From the NCBI GenBank assembly GCA_965153355.1, contig OZ231126.1, positions 3,162,001 through 3,226,000 on the forward strand: a DNA stretch of 64,000 nucleotides. Direction: 5' to 3'. The translations under genes and the position numbers were made by a program. Below, one piece after another: positions 61,930-64,000 of the stretch. This DNA is from Flaccisagitta enflata. Lineage: Eukaryota. Position 1 is the stretch's first letter. The number at the start of each line of letters is the position of its first letter. Under the pieces are notes generated by a model. It saw only the letters and a list, made by a program, of their open reading frames with translations. It had not been told where the DNA came from and made no database searches.

Positions 61930-63455
61930 TATGTGTGTGTGTTTGTATGTGTGTGTGTTTGTATGTGTGTTTGTATGTGTGTTTGTATGTGTTTGTGTGT
62001 GTGTGTTTGTAAGTGTGTGTGTTTGTGTGTTTGTATGTGTGTGTGTTTGTTTGTGTGTGTGCGCGAGTGCGCGAAAGACATATATCATCGACCTTTATTT
62101 GATTTTGCGCTTTGACGTCTTCGATGGTTATTGCAAACTGAGGAGCCAGCTGCGGAAGTTCTCGGGTGTTTTTTCTGCCTGGACAAAAAACGCCAGGCGG
62201 TGTCTGGAACACACTGCCATGTGAGAAGAACGAGAAAACCGTGCAGATAATTACAGGGTGTGCAAAACAAAAATCGGAATGTCGAGAGAATAAGCGCACT
62301 TCCACTTGAAATTCTAGTTGATCTAGTGACATAAGATTTCACTTTCGCAGTCCAGTATTTTCTCAGTTCAAATCTTTACTGGTCCAAATGCAAGAATGCT
62401 TTTATTCCTGTTCACTTTTACCATATTTTCTATTTTTTCACACCCTGTTATTCACTTTGTCAACGCATAAGCTCATGGCTCCACACCCAGTACATTTTTC
62501 TAGATGAAAAACCATGTCTCGTTTTTAAAACAACATTATTCTTAATCAGGTGAAATCGAGAATGAAAAGAAACATATGCAAATTATAGAGAGGTTATGTT
62601 CAATATGGATAGAGATGGAGGAATAGACTGATTTATCAGTAAATACCATACCTTGGATCACCTGATAATCCGGGCTCCCATTTGACATACTCATAGACGT
62701 GAGAAAAGTACTCCACTCCACCTGGTAGCAGATATTCCCATCAAACGAGGTAATAGTTGATTGAAAAAAGGAGGGTACATTGGAGCGGCATTCTAGAATT
62801 GGATGATCTTTTAAAACTTTCCGTCGCCGAGAATCAGATTAAATTCATGGAACTATGCCGGGTGGTTCAAAAAAAGTTTTTTTTAAACTTGGTCGCAATA
62901 TGGCTCCAATCACCAAAATTTGTGACTGGCTCATTATGGAAGAAGGAACGGACAGACAAAAATCAGCAAACAAAAACAAGGCCGGACACTCGGCACCCAA
63001 ATCGTGGATGGCTGGGCAGGGGCAGTAATGCAGAAACCGCTCGCTATTCAAAAATGTGACGTGACGTGATGTGACCTATGACCTACCAACCGACACAGCA
63101 AGTTCTGGAGTAGTGTTAAAAAACACGAAATTTTAAGACATTTTAAGAACATAATATCTGTACCTGTGTAATTGACCTTTTCGCCATACCACTTGGCGGC
63201 AATAGGTATTTGTGACTTTCCTGTGGGAGATGTCCATCGATCCTTGTTGTCAAAATACCACAGAATAGTGACCATATTTATGCCCATGTCTGGAATAGGG
63301 CCGGAAAACTTCCAAAGATGACAAGGAATGCCGCGAGCCTCGTCCTCGCCTACGTATGTCTCGTTCAAGCTCCCTCCAAATCTGTTAAAGCAATTGGATG
63401 TACCGCCTCGAGCGTACCCGCTTTTTAAGGCGAAATCGCCTCTTAGGAATAACAC
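58952..63455 (-). CDS. Partial gene for a LolA-like/ependymin-related-fold repeat protein (large invertebrate extracellular/lysosomal protein family)
   Basis: Exons 63455-63164, 62721-62652, 62213-62093, 60640-60472, 59778-59701, 59410-59312 and 59112-59023 or 58952, all GT-AG with matching phases (1,2,0,1,1,1). Two repeats show YVG...RGIPCHLW / YVGRRYLRDTEVHVW, with VFQTPPGVFCPGRK, WYD....LARYD and IHDFRTGLAYTID...GNC. The 5' exons lie beyond the window. Confidence 0.8.
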
Positions 63456-64000
63456 CTAAAATCCACTTCAATACCAATAAAGGCAGCTAATCGCCGTAGG
63501 AAAAAAGTCGTAAATGCTGAGAGAGAGAGAGAGAGAGAGAGAATGAATGAGAGAGAGAGATAAAGAGAGGGACAGATGGATGGACAGACAGACAGATAGA
63601 TGGATGGACAGACAGACGGAAGGACAGACAGACAGATGGACAGACGGACAGAGAATGACACAGAGAGAGAACGCTTGTTTTTCCACTTGAAAGAACGCTT
63701 GTTTTTCCACTTGAAAGTACGCTTATTTTTCCACTTTTTCACCATGAATAGACTGATGGACCAACAGACCAACAGATGGTCTGATGGATAGAAGAGTGAG
63801 AGACTTTGCTGCTAGCATGTACAATCATCATCTGGGACAATTTGAAGTTCAAATAGACTTCAATATTGAACTTAATTCCTTATTTTTGGGAAAAATGCGA
63901 AATATACAAAAAAATAGAAAAAAATTCAGAAAATCATAGCTCTGAAACTATAGATCGCACAGAATTCTGTTGGCGTCATCTGAAAGAGGAGATTAGCTCT

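Overview
AT-rich, intron-containing eukaryotic genomic DNA, most likely from an invertebrate animal. Evidence: GT-AG introns, microsatellites, dense DNA-transposon/MITE content and metazoan gene families. No rRNA, tRNA or CRISPR array was found. Genes: (1) an NLR-like NACHT NTPase (+, from 713) with a SAM-like N-terminus, which appears to end in a six-bladed KLHDC1/2-like Kelch propeller (to 8282); (2) an isolated last exon of cyclin B3 (-); (3) a disrupted XK-related scramblase fragment (-); (4) six phase-compatible internal exons of a receptor-type tyrosine phosphatase, covering catalytic D1 and the start of D2 (-); (5) a complete five-coding-exon gene for a secreted coiled-coil + H-type-lectin-like protein (+); (6) seven phase-compatible exons of a LolA/ependymin-fold repeat protein (-). 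Mobile DNA: many Helentron-type HINE/DINE-1-like elements, TA-TSD and hAT MITEs, a 3.2-kb foldback element, and a cluster of CAC...GTG-ended Chapaev-type elements. Three of these have 4-bp TSDs and a fourth carries an intron-containing transposase remnant. The most unusual object is a 3.2-kb element at 36061-39275 with split direct repeats (A1...B1A2...B2) and no TSD. It encodes only a spliced gag-like CCHC protein, its B1A2 junction lies inside the gag intron, and it carries four conserved RNA-hairpin units. Several genes are fragmentary and some segments look like noisy consensus, so assembly artefacts are possible. All family assignments come from motif recognition by eye, not database searches.
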